IMG/VR virus record: IMGVR_UViG_3300042342_000377
Location: 1 to 30,870 of that record
Direction: 5' to 3' (one strand)
Length of the DNA stretch: 30,870 nt
Source of the DNA: a virus
Lineage: Duplodnaviria > Caudoviricetes
Positions 1 through 11,500 of this stretch are shown here, piece by piece; position 1 is the stretch's first letter; every line of letters starts with the position of its first letter. A program made the translations under genes and the position numbers. The notes under the pieces were generated by a model. That model made no database searches and was not told the origin of the DNA. It saw only the letters and a program-made list of their open reading frames with translations.

Positions 1-1902
1 TCAGGAAACGCTACCTTTAGTGGAGAAGTTTCGGTTGGTTCAAGTTTAGTTTTATCAGCAGCCAATCCATTTATTTATGGTGGAACAGCAGCTGGTGGAA
101 CCGGAATATCTAATATTGGTGGTCAAAGCTATATTAAAATATATGGTGCCGGCCATGCTACTCTTGCTAATGTTACACAATTTGTGAATGGAAGTAGTAC
201 ATCATTTACAATTTCATCTGCAGGAGTAACTAATTTTAGTTCAAGAGTTAATGTTAATGGTGCTGCAGATAATGCTTCATATGCTCTTAACGTTTATGGT
301 GATGCTACTTTTAATGGTACTAGAGCTGCACCTGCATATATCTATGCTCTTCGCGGTGGAGATGATTCTAAACTAATCTTAAAAGCAGGTTCAACTGCAG
401 GATATTTTTCACAAATAGATGTTTCAGGTTGGAATGGAACAGGTACACCCGCTTATATATCTTTAAATGCTGGAAGTGGTACTGGAATTTATATAAATAA
501 TGGAAATAATGTAGGGGTAGGTACTGTAACCCCATCAGCAAAATTAGATGTGTATGCTGGAGCTGATGCAACATCAAATCTAGTTTTATGGGGACAAACA
601 ATTAGAAATGAAGGTAATGGTGCTGCTACTGGATATGGTGCTGGATTAAAACTTAAATTAAGTAGTGATGGTGAACCATATAAATGGGCAGGTATTGCTG
701 CTGTGGCAGGTACAGGATATTCAAATAGAACTGATTTAGGTTTATTTACAGCCGCTACATCTACTGCAAATGCAACTGAAAAAGTAAGAATAACTGGAGA
801 TGGTGCTGTTGGTATAGGTATGTTAACTCCTAATCAAAAATTAGTAATAAATCAAGGTACTGCTGCTAGTTATAATAATGGTATACCTGCAACTTCAGGT
901 ACAACACAAAATGGTATATTAAGATTAACTCCATCTTATGGAAATTTTGGAGAAGCTCTTGATTTTGGTATGAATGTTGGACCTACTTATGCGTGGATTC
1001 AATCAACAAATTATAGTGGTTTAGATACTAATTATAGTTTAGTACTAAATCCTAATGGTGGTAATATAGGTATTGGTACTAAAAGTCCTACAGCTACTTT
1101 ACAAGTTAGAGGTCCAAATGCTGTAGGTGTTTTCTTTGATGCTCAAAATGAGGGAGCAGGTGGTGCAGTTTTTAGTAGAGTTAACGCAAGTAGTTCTCCA
1201 TATAATCACTACATTTTTAATAATGGTAATGTTGGTATTAATACAAATGACTTTTCTGAAATACCAGGTTCTTCAGCTTTAAAAATAGCTGGTGCAAGAG
1301 CTACTCTTGGTTTGAATAGTTCTGGAACTTTATCAACAATTGTTTTAGTTGCATCTAATAATACTGCAACAGCAATGCACTTAAATTTTGAAAATACAGG
1401 TGCATTTAGATGGTATAGTTATGTATCAGCGGGAGAAACATTTAGTTTATTAGGTAATGGTAGATTAGGTTTAGGAGTTACAAGTCCAGATGCAAGATTA
1501 CATGTTGGTGGACCAATTTTAGTATCTAATGGTGCTCAAACATATAGAAGAGCTATTACTTGTCACGGACAAACCGGCACATATACACAAATTAAAGTTC
1601 ACTTTAATAAAACAGCATGGGGTTCTGTAACCTATGATATTAAATTAGCATCTGCTGGAGGATCTCATCATACGGCTGGAGGATATTATTCTAACCCAGG
1701 AATAGGGTCACATGTAAATTCAATTAATGCTGGAACTGGCTTAACTATGACTTTTGTAGCAGGTTCACAAACAGGTGATACTCAAGGAGCTACATGGACT
1801 TTTTCAGGAGGAACATTTATACATCCAATATTAACAATTGATATTGGTTGTGGTAATGGATATCAAGTAAATCCTGATGATATAGTAGTAGTTTATACAT
1901 AA
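1..1902 (+). CDS. Tail fibre/virion appendage protein, 5'-truncated
   Basis: Frame 1 is open from base 1 (TCA GGA AAC GCT...), so the GTG at 184 is not the true start. Gly/Ser/Thr/Asn-rich with repeated G(N/A)VG(I/V)G...P...L(D/Q/H)V beta-shaft motifs (NNVGVGTVTPSAKLDV, GAVGIGMLTPNQKL, GNIGIGTKSPTATLQV, GRLGLGVTSPDARLHV). Ends TAA 1902. Confidence 0.75.
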   Translation, partial: SGNATFSGEVSVGSSLVLSAANPFIYGGTAAGGTGISNIGGQSYIKIYGAGHATLANVTQFVNGSSTSFTISSAGVTNFSSRVNVNGAADNASYALNVYGDATFNGTRAAPAYIYALRGGDDSKLILKAGSTAGYFSQIDVSGWNGTGTPAYISLNAGSGTGIYINNGNNVGVGTVTPSAKLDVYAGADATSNLVLWGQTIRNEGNGAATGYGAGLKLKLSSDGEPYKWAGIAAVAGTGYSNRTDLGLFTAATSTANATEKVRITGDGAVGIGMLTPNQKLVINQGTAASYNNGIPATSGTTQNGILRLTPSYGNFGEALDFGMNVGPTYAWIQSTNYSGLDTNYSLVLNPNGGNIGIGTKSPTATLQVRGPNAVGVFFDAQNEGAGGAVFSRVNASSSPYNHYIFNNGNVGINTNDFSEIPGSSALKIAGARATLGLNSSGTLSTIVLVASNNTATAMHLNFENTGAFRWYSYVSAGETFSLLGNGRLGLGVTSPDARLHVGGPILVSNGAQTYRRAITCHGQTGTYTQIKVHFNKTAWGSVTYDIKLASAGGSHHTAGGYYSNPGIGSHVNSINAGTGLTMTFVAGSQTGDTQGATWTFSGGTFIHPILTIDIGCGNGYQVNPDDIVVVYT

Positions 1903-1932
1903 AAATAATAAAAATTAGAAAGCAATAATACA

Positions 1933-4900
1933 ATGGCTAAAAGTAAAAATACAATCCTCGCCTCGCTTCTCCATTCAGTCACATCAGGAGCAATATTAAA
2001 AGCAACAGGTGATATATTAGCACCCAGTTTAATCCAAGAATCAGGATCGAATGTAACTATTTCAGGTTCGGGTTCTATTGCAGGCGATTTAACAGTGCAA
2101 GGCACTTTAATTGCACAAGAATTTCGTACAGAATATGTTTCTTCTTCAATACTATATGAAAGTGGTTCAACTAAGTTTGGTGATTCAAATGACGATACTC
2201 ACGTATTTACTGGAATAGTAAGTGTTAGTGGTTCAGTATTAGTGAATGGAGTTCCAGCTATTGGACCTCAAGGATATCAAGGCACTCAAGGAACACAGGG
2301 CAATCAAGGCCCTCAGGGTAATCAAGGCCCACAGGGGATTCAAGGCTCCCAAGGCGCGCAAGGCAATCAAGGTCCTCAGGGTAACCAGGGACCTCAGGGC
2401 AATCAAGGCCCACAAGGCAATCAGGGACCTCAGGGTAACCAAGGCCCTCAAGGCAATCAAGGCCCTCAAGGTATTCAAGGTGCTCAAGGCAACCAAGGCC
2501 CTCAAGGCAATCAGGGACCTCAAGGCAACCAAGGCCCTCAAGGAATACAAGGAGCTCAAGGTAACCAAGGCCCTCAAGGGATTCAAGGAACAGTTGGTAC
2601 AACTGGTGCCCAAGGTAATCAAGGCCCTACAGGTATACAAGGAACATTAGGTGCTCAGGGTAATCAGGGTCCTACAGGTATTCAAGGAACCGTTGGTACA
2701 ACAGGTTTCCAAGGTAACCAAGGTCCAACAGGCTTACAAGGTACAGCTGGTACTAACGGAACAAATGGTTCAAATGGTGCACAAGGCAACCAGGGACCTA
2801 CTGGTTTACAAGGAACAGCAGGCACGAATGGTACAAACGGATCTAATGGAACCAATGGTGCTCAGGGTAATCAAGGCCCAACTGGGTTGCAAGGTACAAC
2901 AGGCGCTGCTTCAACTGTAGCTGGTCCTCAAGGATCTACAGGTGCTGCCTCAACAGTAGCTGGTCCTCAAGGTACCGCTGGTACAAACGGAACTAATGGT
3001 TCGCCTGGTGGAACTGGTCCTCAAGGTGCTACTGGAGCTGCTTCAAGCGTAGCAGGTCCTCAAGGTAATACTGGAGCTCAAGGAACAGCAGGTTCAACTT
3101 CTTATACAGCAACATACGCAACCAATTCAACTAGACTATATGCTAGCGATGGTTCTTATGTATATGGAGGAGCAGCTCCTTATTATATGTATATGACTTA
3201 TGATGGGACAAGATGGTTACTTCAAGTTAATCCTGCTACTCCTTCAGCTGTAAGAGTAGCTTATGCTGATGCCGCGGGTTCTGCTAGTAATGCAACAACA
3301 GCAGGAGGTTTAGCAGTTCACACTGGTACAAATAATGTTGCTAATCAAATAGTAAGAACAGATGCTAGTGGTTATATACAAGCAGGTTGGATAAATACAA
3401 TTTCTGGTGATAATGGAACATCTGCACTAACAAGAATATATGCTTCTGATGATGCTTATTTAAGATACTATACGCCTGCTAACTTTAGACAAGTATTAGA
3501 TGTTCCTACAAGAACAGGTGGAAGTGCGTCTGGTTCTTGGGGTATTAATGTAACGGGATCTGCAGGTAGTGCAGGTAGTGCTGGTTATGCTGCTTATTTA
3601 TCACCTACATATGCAGGTGATGTATATATAAATCCTCAAACATATTTTAATAATGGTATTGGACTCAAAGTAGCCATGACAGGAGCCTGGTCTGTATGGT
3701 CAGATACTTTATGGATAAATGGTTATACTGGAGGTGATGTACCAAATATGTGTGCATTACATTTTTTACGTAATGGAACGCCAAGAATGGCTATTAGTAC
3801 ACAATCATTTTCATCTACTAGTTATGGAACTTATTATGAAGTAATTACAGCATATAATATTGCTTCTCAATCAGTATCATCTGCTTCAACAGCAGGTACA
3901 GTAACTGGATCTTCTACTATAGGAGGATATCTTACATTAAATGTTAACTGGGGTGTAAGTCCTTACACAGCAGCTTTTAATATTGTTGGTACACATCCGT
4001 CAATGGTTTTTAGAGGCAGTAATGGAGATACACATTACATGATCCATATGGATTCTGCTGGAGATATGCAATATTATTTTGGACCAGGATATACAACTAA
4101 TAACTGGACTCAAAGATATACTTTTACCAAGGGCGGGAACTTTAGTGCTCTTACTGGAAACATTTCAGCATCAGGTACAGTTACAGGTTCAAATTTATCA
4201 GGTACAAATACAGGTGATCAGACTAATATATCAGGTAATGCTGCTACATCAACAGCATCATCAGGTGTAAGTTTTTTAACTCAACCTAATGCTAATTGGG
4301 CTGGAAGAATACAATTAGGTGGTAATGGTGGTGGCGGTACTGCTTTAATTGCAGTGGTTCAATCTACCAATGGTAATTTACATATGGATGCAGGAAGTGG
4401 TAACGTAATGTATTTAAATTATTATAATAATGGTACAATTTGGTTAAATGGTAGTACCTATAATATTAGTGCTAATGGTTCACAATATAATGGCAATGCT
4501 GCTACAGCTACTACAGCTGCAAGAGCAACTAGAGCTAATGGTAATTTTTATATAGATGATAACTACGGTAATACCATAGTAGGAGTATATAATGCAGCTA
4601 GATATCAAGGTGTATTTGCAATGGGTGATGCTTATAAATTACCAGCTGATGGTACTAGTACAGGTGGTCTTTATGGTCTTGCTTGGTCACACCCTAATGC
4701 GGGTGGTGTAGCAGGTAATTTAAATGACCATGGTTTACTTGTTATTAATAACGGAGTATTTGCTGCTGCAATATCTAGCTCTATAAGAGCGGCTACTGAT
4801 ATGAGAGCTCCTATATTCTATGATTCAAATGATACAGGATATTATTTAGATCCTAATGGTACATCAAATTTAAATAAGTTAAGTGCATTTACAATGTCTT

Positions 4901-5961
4901 ATAACGACATGAATTCAATGTCGGTAAATTCCCCATATGCTGCTAGATATGCTGGTTCTGCAAATTATCGTAATGGTACAATGGGTTATGGTACTACTGA
5001 TTTTAATGTAATATTCTCTAACTGGGGTTCTGGGTTTATAGATTCGTGGAGTAGTCCAGGTAATGCTCCTGGTGGTTCATCTCACTATGTAGGTCATCAA
5101 GTATGCCACTATAATCATCAAAATAGTACTAATGTATATGGATATCAAATGGCATGTGCTGGTGAAGCTGTTAATAGATTCTTTTGGAGAAGTTCATGGG
5201 CAACCCCAAATGCTTGGGTAGAAATGATACATTCAGGAAATATAGGGTCTCAATCAGTAGCAACAGCAGGTAATATTACGGCATATACTATTAATCAAAG
5301 TGTAGGTTCAGATAATTCACCTTCATTCCATACAGTTCCAACATATTATTTAAGAAATAGGTATGATATAACTACAGATCACCCATATGGAATCTATTTT
5401 GGTACTAGTGTTAGTGATTATTCATATGCTATATATAAACAAACAGGAGCCTGGTCTCACCCTTACCCAGATTTACATATAGCTTTCCATACCGGTATTA
5501 AATTAGGAGCACATTATAGCTATAACGGTATAAGATTTTATAATAACTCAGATTTTGCTACAATAACAGCTTCTATAGGAGATGGTGATAATCATATGAG
5601 AGGTTATTATGACATCATAGCATATGCCTCTGATAAACGTTTAAAACACAACATCCAACCAATTGAAAATGCCTTATCAAAAGTCAATTCATTAACTGGT
5701 ATGACTTACCAATGGAATAATGTAGGTAGCCAACATGGATGGAGTCCGGATATGGAAACAAGAGAGGCCGGAGTATTTGCTCAAGATGTTCAAGCGGTAT
5801 TGCCTGAAGCTGTTAAACTTGCCCCATTTGATAATAATATGGGTGTGTCAAAATCAGGTGAAAACTTCTTAACAGTTAAATATGAAAAAATTGTTCCGTT
5901 ATTAATTGAAGCAATTAAAGAATTAAAAGCAGAAATAGACGAATTAAAGTCTCAAAAATAA
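1933..5961 (+). CDS. Collagen-like tail fibre 1 with C-terminal peptidase-S74-type intramolecular chaperone (1342 aa)
   Basis: G-X-Y tract at 2263-3093, long beta-rich body, C-terminal YASDKRLKHNI...AGVFAQDVQAVLPEAV...[17 protein letters not shown] motif typical of S74 autocleaving chaperones. Confidence 0.88.
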   Translation: MAKSKNTILASLLHSVTSGAILKATGDILAPSLIQESGSNVTISGSGSIAGDLTVQGTLIAQEFRTEYVSSSILYESGSTKFGDSNDDTHVFTGIVSVSGSVLVNGVPAIGPQGYQGTQGTQGNQGPQGNQGPQGIQGSQGAQGNQGPQGNQGPQGNQGPQGNQGPQGNQGPQGNQGPQGIQGAQGNQGPQGNQGPQGNQGPQGIQGAQGNQGPQGIQGTVGTTGAQGNQGPTGIQGTLGAQGNQGPTGIQGTVGTTGFQGNQGPTGLQGTAGTNGTNGSNGAQGNQGPTGLQGTAGTNGTNGSNGTNGAQGNQGPTGLQGTTGAASTVAGPQGSTGAASTVAGPQGTAGTNGTNGSPGGTGPQGATGAASSVAGPQGNTGAQGTAGSTSYTATYATNSTRLYASDGSYVYGGAAPYYMYMTYDGTRWLLQVNPATPSAVRVAYADAAGSASNATTAGGLAVHTGTNNVANQIVRTDASGYIQAGWINTISGDNGTSALTRIYASDDAYLRYYTPANFRQVLDVPTRTGGSASGSWGINVTGSAGSAGSAGYAAYLSPTYAGDVYINPQTYFNNGIGLKVAMTGAWSVWSDTLWINGYTGGDVPNMCALHFLRNGTPRMAISTQSFSSTSYGTYYEVITAYNIASQSVSSASTAGTVTGSSTIGGYLTLNVNWGVSPYTAAFNIVGTHPSMVFRGSNGDTHYMIHMDSAGDMQYYFGPGYTTNNWTQRYTFTKGGNFSALTGNISASGTVTGSNLSGTNTGDQTNISGNAATSTASSGVSFLTQPNANWAGRIQLGGNGGGGTALIAVVQSTNGNLHMDAGSGNVMYLNYYNNGTIWLNGSTYNISANGSQYNGNAATATTAARATRANGNFYIDDNYGNTIVGVYNAARYQGVFAMGDAYKLPADGTSTGGLYGLAWSHPNAGGVAGNLNDHGLLVINNGVFAAAISSSIRAATDMRAPIFYDSNDTGYYLDPNGTSNLNKLSAFTMSYNDMNSMSVNSPYAARYAGSANYRNGTMGYGTTDFNVIFSNWGSGFIDSWSSPGNAPGGSSHYVGHQVCHYNHQNSTNVYGYQMACAGEAVNRFFWRSSWATPNAWVEMIHSGNIGSQSVATAGNITAYTINQSVGSDNSPSFHTVPTYYLRNRYDITTDHPYGIYFGTSVSDYSYAIYKQTGAWSHPYPDLHIAFHTGIKLGAHYSYNGIRFYNNSDFATITASIGDGDNHMRGYYDIIAYASDKRLKHNIQPIENALSKVNSLTGMTYQWNNVGSQHGWSPDMETREAGVFAQDVQAVLPEAVKLAPFDNNMGVSKSGENFLTVKYEKIVPLLIEAIKELKAEIDELKSQK
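2263..3093 (+). repeat. Collagen-like G-X-Q repeat tract, fibre 1
   Basis: [18 protein letters not shown] and GTNGTN triplets; 9/18-nt periodic DNA (caaggc...); GAASTVAGPQ interruptions near the end. Confidence 0.95.
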
Positions 5962-5972
5962 TATTTATAACC

Positions 5973-6455
5973 ATGGCATTACCAGCATCAGGAAACTCAA
6001 TAAGTATATCACAAATACGAAACGAACTAAATCCAGTTTATGGATCTAGTTATAGCCTAAGACAACTTAGTGAATGGGCCGCTAAATCAACACCGGATGC
6101 TATGAGTGAATTTTATAGCTTTTCTGCTACATCTAATGTTAACATTGTAGCATATATGCCAAGCTTATGTGGTTGTGCTAACTATTATACTTTTGCCGCC
6201 GTAGCAGCAGTTGCTGTAAATACAACATTAACAGTGACTATGAATTGGTATGGAGATTTGGGAGGTTTTATGCAAGAAGTTTTTTATATAAGCTCAGGAA
6301 CAACTTGTGGATCTACTAATATGTATTCAGGAAACAGAGTAGAATGTGTGGGTGAATATAGAAATAATGAATATTGGGAAGTTACACCAACAAGTAGTGG
6401 TAATCAAGCTTATACTACAGGTCTTAATTATTTCAATGATCTTGTACCTTGTTAA
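5973..6455 (+). CDS. Fibre-associated small protein, possible tip adhesin (160 aa)
   Basis: N-terminal MALPASGNSISISQIRNEL...AMSEFYS resembles the module commonly encoded right after S74 fibres; C-terminal half has several Cys. Function is inferred. Confidence 0.55.
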   Translation: MALPASGNSISISQIRNELNPVYGSSYSLRQLSEWAAKSTPDAMSEFYSFSATSNVNIVAYMPSLCGCANYYTFAAVAAVAVNTTLTVTMNWYGDLGGFMQEVFYISSGTTCGSTNMYSGNRVECVGEYRNNEYWEVTPTSSGNQAYTTGLNYFNDLVPC

Positions 6456-6472
6456 AATAAATAAAATAAAAT

Positions 6473-6706
6473 ATGATAAATTACTATTTAAGACCGGATC
6501 AGGCAATCATCAAAATTGATGAAGAAAACAAAATAGCTATTAATGTACTTACTATAGGGGCACATAAATTTATTGGATATACAACTAACGTTGAATATGT
6601 TAATAATATGATCAGTATGGCTAATAGCGGAAGTTTAGCTCCTAGTGATGAAACAGCATTTAATGTTGCTTTAGCTGAAGCTAAATCATTTATAAGCGGG
6701 ATTTAA
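6473..6706 (+). CDS. Hypothetical 77-aa protein, paralogue of 21178..21408
   Basis: A-rich leader; shares MINYY, D-x-E-x-K and S-x-E-x-x-FN with 21178..21408. Confidence 0.75.
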   Translation: MINYYLRPDQAIIKIDEENKIAINVLTIGAHKFIGYTTNVEYVNNMISMANSGSLAPSDETAFNVALAEAKSFISGI

Positions 6707-6732
6707 TTATCAATTATAACATTATTCTTACA

Positions 6733-6741
6733 ATATTTATA
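6733..6741 (+). promoter_or_regulatory. ATATTTATA motif, putative phage late promoter
   Basis: Intergenic, begins 33 nt before ATG 6766; one of nine similarly placed copies. Confidence 0.6.
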
Positions 6742-6765
6742 CCAGAATAATCCCGGTATAATATA

Positions 6766-9700
6766 ATGAGAATACACAACGCACTAGTTACAGGTTCATT
6801 AGAGGTATCAGGTAGTTTTAAGCTACCTGCAGTTCCACAAGACACATCAGGTTCATTAGATAAGTATCTGGTACTTAACCAAAGTACTGGAGAGATATAT
6901 TATACTTCAAGAGGCTCTCAGGGTACTCAAGGCAATCAAGGCCCTCAGGGTAACCAGGGTCCTCAGGGTAACCAAGGCCCGCAGGGTATTCAAGGGTTTC
7001 AAGGTAACCAGGGCCCACAAGGAATACAAGGTTCTCAAGGACGCCAAGGCCCTCAAGGGGATCAGGGAGCTCAAGGCCGCCAAGGCCCTCAAGGCGATCA
7101 AGGAGCCCAAGGCAGACAAGGCCCTCAAGGGGATCAGGGAGCTCAAGGCCGTCAGGGACCTCAAGGGATTCAAGGAGCACAAGGAAATCAGGGCCCTCAA
7201 GGCATTCAAGGTGCTCAAGGCAATCAGGGCCCTCAGGGTATCCAAGGTTTTCAAGGCAACCAAGGCCCACAAGGCAACCAAGGCAACCAAGGCCCGCAGG
7301 GCAACCAGGGTCCTCAAGGCAATCAAGGGCCACAGGGTAATCAAGGCAACCAAGGCCCACAGGGAAACCAAGGCCCAACAGGTATTCAAGGAACATTAGG
7401 TACACAAGGAGACACAGGATCTCAAGGTGCTAAAGGCGACCAAGGCTATCAAGGTATAGTAGGTCAAGGGTTCATAATCTATCAAACATACAATTCCGTA
7501 GCTTTATTATTGGCTGATTCATCTTGTCCAAACGGACAATTTGGATTAGTAGGAGGAACTCTACCTCAATCAGATCCAGACTACGGTAAACTATATTTAA
7601 GAAGTGGGGGGACATGGTCTTTTACCACAGACATGTCTGTGCAAGGGATTCAAGGTAATACTGGAGCTCAAGGAGCTACAGGACAACAAGGTACTACTGG
7701 ATTTCAAGGTATTACAGGACAACAAGGTCCAACTGGACTTCAGGGGGCTCAGGGTAATCAAGGACCTACAGGTTTTCAAGGAAATCAAGGCCCTCAAGGA
7801 AACCAAGGCCCACAAGGCGATCAAGGCTTCCAAGGCAGACAGGGACCTCAGGGTGACCAAGGTGCTCAAGGTAGACAAGGCCCACAAGGCGATCAAGGAG
7901 CTCAAGGCCGTCAAGGCCCACAGGGTAATCAAGGCCCACAAGGCAATCAGGGACCACAAGGAATTCAAGGTGCTCAAGGCAACCAAGGCCCTCAAGGTAT
8001 TCAAGGAGCTCAAGGAAATCAGGGACCTCAAGGCGTTCAGGGAGCTCAAGGCAACCAAGGTCCTCAAGGTATTCAAGGTGCTACAGGTACAGCAAATATT
8101 AATGGTACTGGCTTTGTAAAGGCAAGCGGTGCTACTATTTCATATGATAATTCAACTTATTTAACCTCTTATACAGAAGTAGATACTCTTGCTACTGTAA
8201 CAGGAAGAGGAGCTACTACCTCAACATCTATAACAGCAGGAGGAATTATTACTGCAGGGACAGGTCAAGGATTTAAAAATCTTAGTTATCAAGGAGGATA
8301 TAATAGAATATGGAGTTTTGGTGGTGGATCAGAAGCATATGGAATTGCATATTATCAAGGAGCAACAGCTCCTGGAGGAACTGATGCTATAGGTTTTCAT
8401 TTTGGAAACACAGCAAGCCCTTTGTTTTATTCTAATAACTTAGGTAATGCTTACTTTTCAGGAACTATATCAGCATCTAACTTTAGCGGTACACATAGCG
8501 GCTCGTCAAGTGGAACTAATACGGGTGATCAAACTAACATATCTGGTACAGCCGCCTATGCTACTCAATGGGGTACTAGTGCAGGATATGCTAATTTTAG
8601 TTCTACTGCTATTTCAGCTTCAGTAGGATGGCTTTTTGGTACTACTGGAAATGGAACTTATGCTCCTGTTTCACTAGCTAGTGTAGCTACTTTACTTGGA
8701 CTAGGATCTTTAGCTTATAGTTCAGCTACAATACCTACGAATAACAATCAGCTTACAAACGGTGCTGGATATATTACTGGAGAGTCAGATACTCTAGCTA
8801 CAGTAACAGCTAGAGGAGCATCTACTACTGCAGCTATAACTATATCAAGAGAAGCAGCGGCTTATGGAGGTACTACTCAATCATTTTTAGTAGATGGTGC
8901 TGGAGGAAATGCAGCTTTAACAATCAATGCTGCTGCTAACTATGCCTATTTAAATTTTGCTCAAGCAGGTGCCACTAAGTTTGAAATAGGATCTGAAGGT
9001 GCTGCTACAAATAAAGGAAGTTTATATTTTAATCATAACATACAGGTAGGTTCTAGTGGTGCCGCCTTATATATTAAAAAATCAAATGGTTTTGTTGGTA
9101 TATTAAATATAGCACCCACAACAGCTCTTGATGTTAGTGGAGCAGGTACTTTTTCATCTACTTTATCACTTGGTGGTGGAATAACTTTTACAGCTCCTGG
9201 TGGTACTGTATTATTAAAACATGCTGTTGCTGAAGTAGATGCTTGGATATTCCAAGAAAATGCTGCTAACTGGGGATTATATTATAAAAATAATCCTAGT
9301 GGTAATCACACATTTGGAGGATATACAACTGTAGGAGCTGAGACTTTTGGATTATCTGCAGCTAACGTGAGTGGAAATGGAGTATTAACATCTAATTTTG
9401 TTGGAGCGACAACAGCTTATGCTCAGTGGATGTTATCAAATTATACTGGATATATTTGGTCTGCTAGTACAATATATGCACAAACATCTATGGTTGTTGG
9501 TGGTAACACCGTACTTCATGCAGCTAATTTTTCATCATATGCTACTCCCATAAGAGTTCAATCAAACTGGAATGATAGCACTGTTATTAATAATGTTGTA
9601 GGTTTATTAGCATGGAAAAACTACGGTAATGCTCACGTTATATTTGATGCATCTAATGGAACTTCTCCAAGTGGAACAGGTGTAAGTCAAACAAATGCCT

Positions 9701-11451
9701 CAAATGCTTGGACGGCTGCTTATCCTACATTAATGGGATGGAATGGATCTGGCACTTATGGTGTAAGAGTAGATAGTGCAAGAATTTCTGATAGTACATC
9801 AGGTAATGCTGGAACTGTTACTGATGGAGTATATTTAAGTGGTACTCAAAATATATCAGGAACAAAATATTTTGTATCAAATAGAGATACATCATCAGAC
9901 TCACCTCCTTTACAAGCATATTCAAATAATGGAAGTGGTGCAATAATGTCTTTTCATAGAGGAGGATATTATGCTGTAAATATGGGTCTTGATTCTGATA
10001 ACGTATTTAGAATAGGTGGATGGAGTGCAGCTGCAAATAGATTACAACTTGATATGAGTGGTAATCTTACTGTTGCAGGAGCAATAGCAGGAAGTAACTT
10101 TAGTGGTAGTCATTCAGGTTCATCTTCTGGAACTAATACTGGAGATCAAACAAATATTAGTGGAAGTTCTGCTACTGTTACTCACTATGCATCAAGAGCT
10201 GATGTTGCATCGTATAATGTAGTTTGGGCAGCAGGTAATCCGTCACATATGTATTCTTGTGACGCTGTTAGAATTCAATCAAGTACAGGTACAATATTTG
10301 CTACTCGTTCAGCTGCTCCTATGTCAGCAACAGTATCAAACGGCAACTGGAATACAAGTTTTTCAAATACACCTGTTTCTACAATGGCTTGGGGTGGAGA
10401 TGTATCATCAGGTGGTCCTACAGGTACTTGGTGGTTCCAAATGAATATGCGTCATAGTAATGCATCAAATGATTGGGGTACACAATTAGCTTATGGATGG
10501 GAAGATAATGCAAATCAGATATATCAACGTAATGTAACAGGAGGAAACTGGAGTGCTTGGGTTAGATACTTGAATAGTGGTAACTATTCTTCTTATGCTC
10601 TTCCATTAAGTGGTGGAACTTTGAGTGGTACACTTCAATTTGCACAACCTGTTGGTCTTGGATTTGCAAATGGACAATACATTAAAGATAATGGTGGAGG
10701 TGGTTTAATTATTAATAGTGGAGCAGCAGTTAATATAGGTGGAACATCAGTAACATTTACTGGTACAACGTATGCTTATAATGGTATACAGATGTATAGA
10801 AATGGGCAAGCCAATACTGGTATTTCTTGGTATAATGCCTCTTATTATAACTGGCAAGAATATATGGCCTCCGCTGGTGCAACAGGATGTGGACCAAATG
10901 CTAACTTAACAGCACCTAGTGGTTTATATCAAGTTACTTCTTGGGCATTACGTTCAAGAATGGAAACTGTAGGAAGCTATGGTTGGTTATGGGAAGTTGG
11001 TGGTGGGGGTGGTGGAGTTGCAGCAGGTAGTGCTGTAATGGAGTTAGATGTATATGGTAATTTAAGAACAGCAGCTGACGTCATAGCATATGCATCAGAT
11101 GGTAGATTAAAAACCAATGTTAAAGTAATAGAAAATGCTTTAAGTAAAGTTCAAGCTATTCGTGGTGTAGAATATGATTGGTTAGATAATATCTATGAAG
11201 ACTATGGTTTCAAACCAACCAAAATGCATGAAGTCGGTGTGATAGCTCAAGAAGTTGAACTTGTTCTTCCAGAAGTTGTTTTAACAGCTCCATTCAATGG
11301 TGCTTATAAAGATAAGCATGGTATTGATCCTAACTTCTTAACTGTTAAATATGATAGAATGGTTCCACTACTAATCGAAGCAATCAAAGAACAACAAACA
11401 CAAATCGAAGAATTAAAATCACAAATATCATATTTGGTAGATAATAAATAA
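6766..11451 (+). CDS. Collagen-like tail fibre 2 with S74-type chaperone (1561 aa)
   Basis: G-X-Q tract 6913-8094 interrupted by a 59-aa domain; TLATVTxRGA x2 and [13 protein letters not shown] x2 shaft motifs; C-terminal [11 protein letters not shown]...VGVIAQEVE...[16 protein letters not shown]. Confidence 0.88.
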   Translation: MRIHNALVTGSLEVSGSFKLPAVPQDTSGSLDKYLVLNQSTGEIYYTSRGSQGTQGNQGPQGNQGPQGNQGPQGIQGFQGNQGPQGIQGSQGRQGPQGDQGAQGRQGPQGDQGAQGRQGPQGDQGAQGRQGPQGIQGAQGNQGPQGIQGAQGNQGPQGIQGFQGNQGPQGNQGNQGPQGNQGPQGNQGPQGNQGNQGPQGNQGPTGIQGTLGTQGDTGSQGAKGDQGYQGIVGQGFIIYQTYNSVALLLADSSCPNGQFGLVGGTLPQSDPDYGKLYLRSGGTWSFTTDMSVQGIQGNTGAQGATGQQGTTGFQGITGQQGPTGLQGAQGNQGPTGFQGNQGPQGNQGPQGDQGFQGRQGPQGDQGAQGRQGPQGDQGAQGRQGPQGNQGPQGNQGPQGIQGAQGNQGPQGIQGAQGNQGPQGVQGAQGNQGPQGIQGATGTANINGTGFVKASGATISYDNSTYLTSYTEVDTLATVTGRGATTSTSITAGGIITAGTGQGFKNLSYQGGYNRIWSFGGGSEAYGIAYYQGATAPGGTDAIGFHFGNTASPLFYSNNLGNAYFSGTISASNFSGTHSGSSSGTNTGDQTNISGTAAYATQWGTSAGYANFSSTAISASVGWLFGTTGNGTYAPVSLASVATLLGLGSLAYSSATIPTNNNQLTNGAGYITGESDTLATVTARGASTTAAITISREAAAYGGTTQSFLVDGAGGNAALTINAAANYAYLNFAQAGATKFEIGSEGAATNKGSLYFNHNIQVGSSGAALYIKKSNGFVGILNIAPTTALDVSGAGTFSSTLSLGGGITFTAPGGTVLLKHAVAEVDAWIFQENAANWGLYYKNNPSGNHTFGGYTTVGAETFGLSAANVSGNGVLTSNFVGATTAYAQWMLSNYTGYIWSASTIYAQTSMVVGGNTVLHAANFSSYATPIRVQSNWNDSTVINNVVGLLAWKNYGNAHVIFDASNGTSPSGTGVSQTNASNAWTAAYPTLMGWNGSGTYGVRVDSARISDSTSGNAGTVTDGVYLSGTQNISGTKYFVSNRDTSSDSPPLQAYSNNGSGAIMSFHRGGYYAVNMGLDSDNVFRIGGWSAAANRLQLDMSGNLTVAGAIAGSNFSGSHSGSSSGTNTGDQTNISGSSATVTHYASRADVASYNVVWAAGNPSHMYSCDAVRIQSSTGTIFATRSAAPMSATVSNGNWNTSFSNTPVSTMAWGGDVSSGGPTGTWWFQMNMRHSNASNDWGTQLAYGWEDNANQIYQRNVTGGNWSAWVRYLNSGNYSSYALPLSGGTLSGTLQFAQPVGLGFANGQYIKDNGGGGLIINSGAAVNIGGTSVTFTGTTYAYNGIQMYRNGQANTGISWYNASYYNWQEYMASAGATGCGPNANLTAPSGLYQVTSWALRSRMETVGSYGWLWEVGGGGGGVAAGSAVMELDVYGNLRTAADVIAYASDGRLKTNVKVIENALSKVQAIRGVEYDWLDNIYEDYGFKPTKMHEVGVIAQEVELVLPEVVLTAPFNGAYKDKHGIDPNFLTVKYDRMVPLLIEAIKEQQTQIEELKSQISYLVDNK
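6913..8094 (+). repeat. Collagen-like G-X-Q repeat tract, fibre 2
   Basis: GNQGPQ and [12 protein letters not shown] repeats, with a non-collagen insert at 7468-7644. Confidence 0.95.
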
Positions 11452-11452
11452 G

Positions 11453-11484
11453 TTTGGTTATTTAATTTATTAGTTGTATATTTG
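11453..11484 (+). promoter_or_regulatory. Bacteroidota housekeeping-sigma-type promoter (-33 TTTG / -7 TAnnTTTG)
   Basis: TTTG 11453-11456, 20-nt spacer, TATATTTG 11477-11484, ATG at 11501; matches the established Bacteroidetes consensus TTTG-N19-21-TAnnTTTG. Confidence 0.7.
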
Positions 11485-11500
11485 ACTAAATAATTAGTTT

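Noticed and set aside
184-186. GTG start given by the ORF track for the first gene
   Set aside because: The frame is open from base 1 with the same composition, so the gene begins upstream of the window.
2239-2920. Alternative-frame and antisense ORFs over the fibre 1 collagen tract
   Set aside because: Shadow ORFs: the repetitive GGN-NNN-CAA codons rarely create stops in other frames; products are low-complexity.
6875-8119. Overlapping ORFs over the fibre 2 collagen tract
   Set aside because: Same repeat-driven artefact; no independent start signals.
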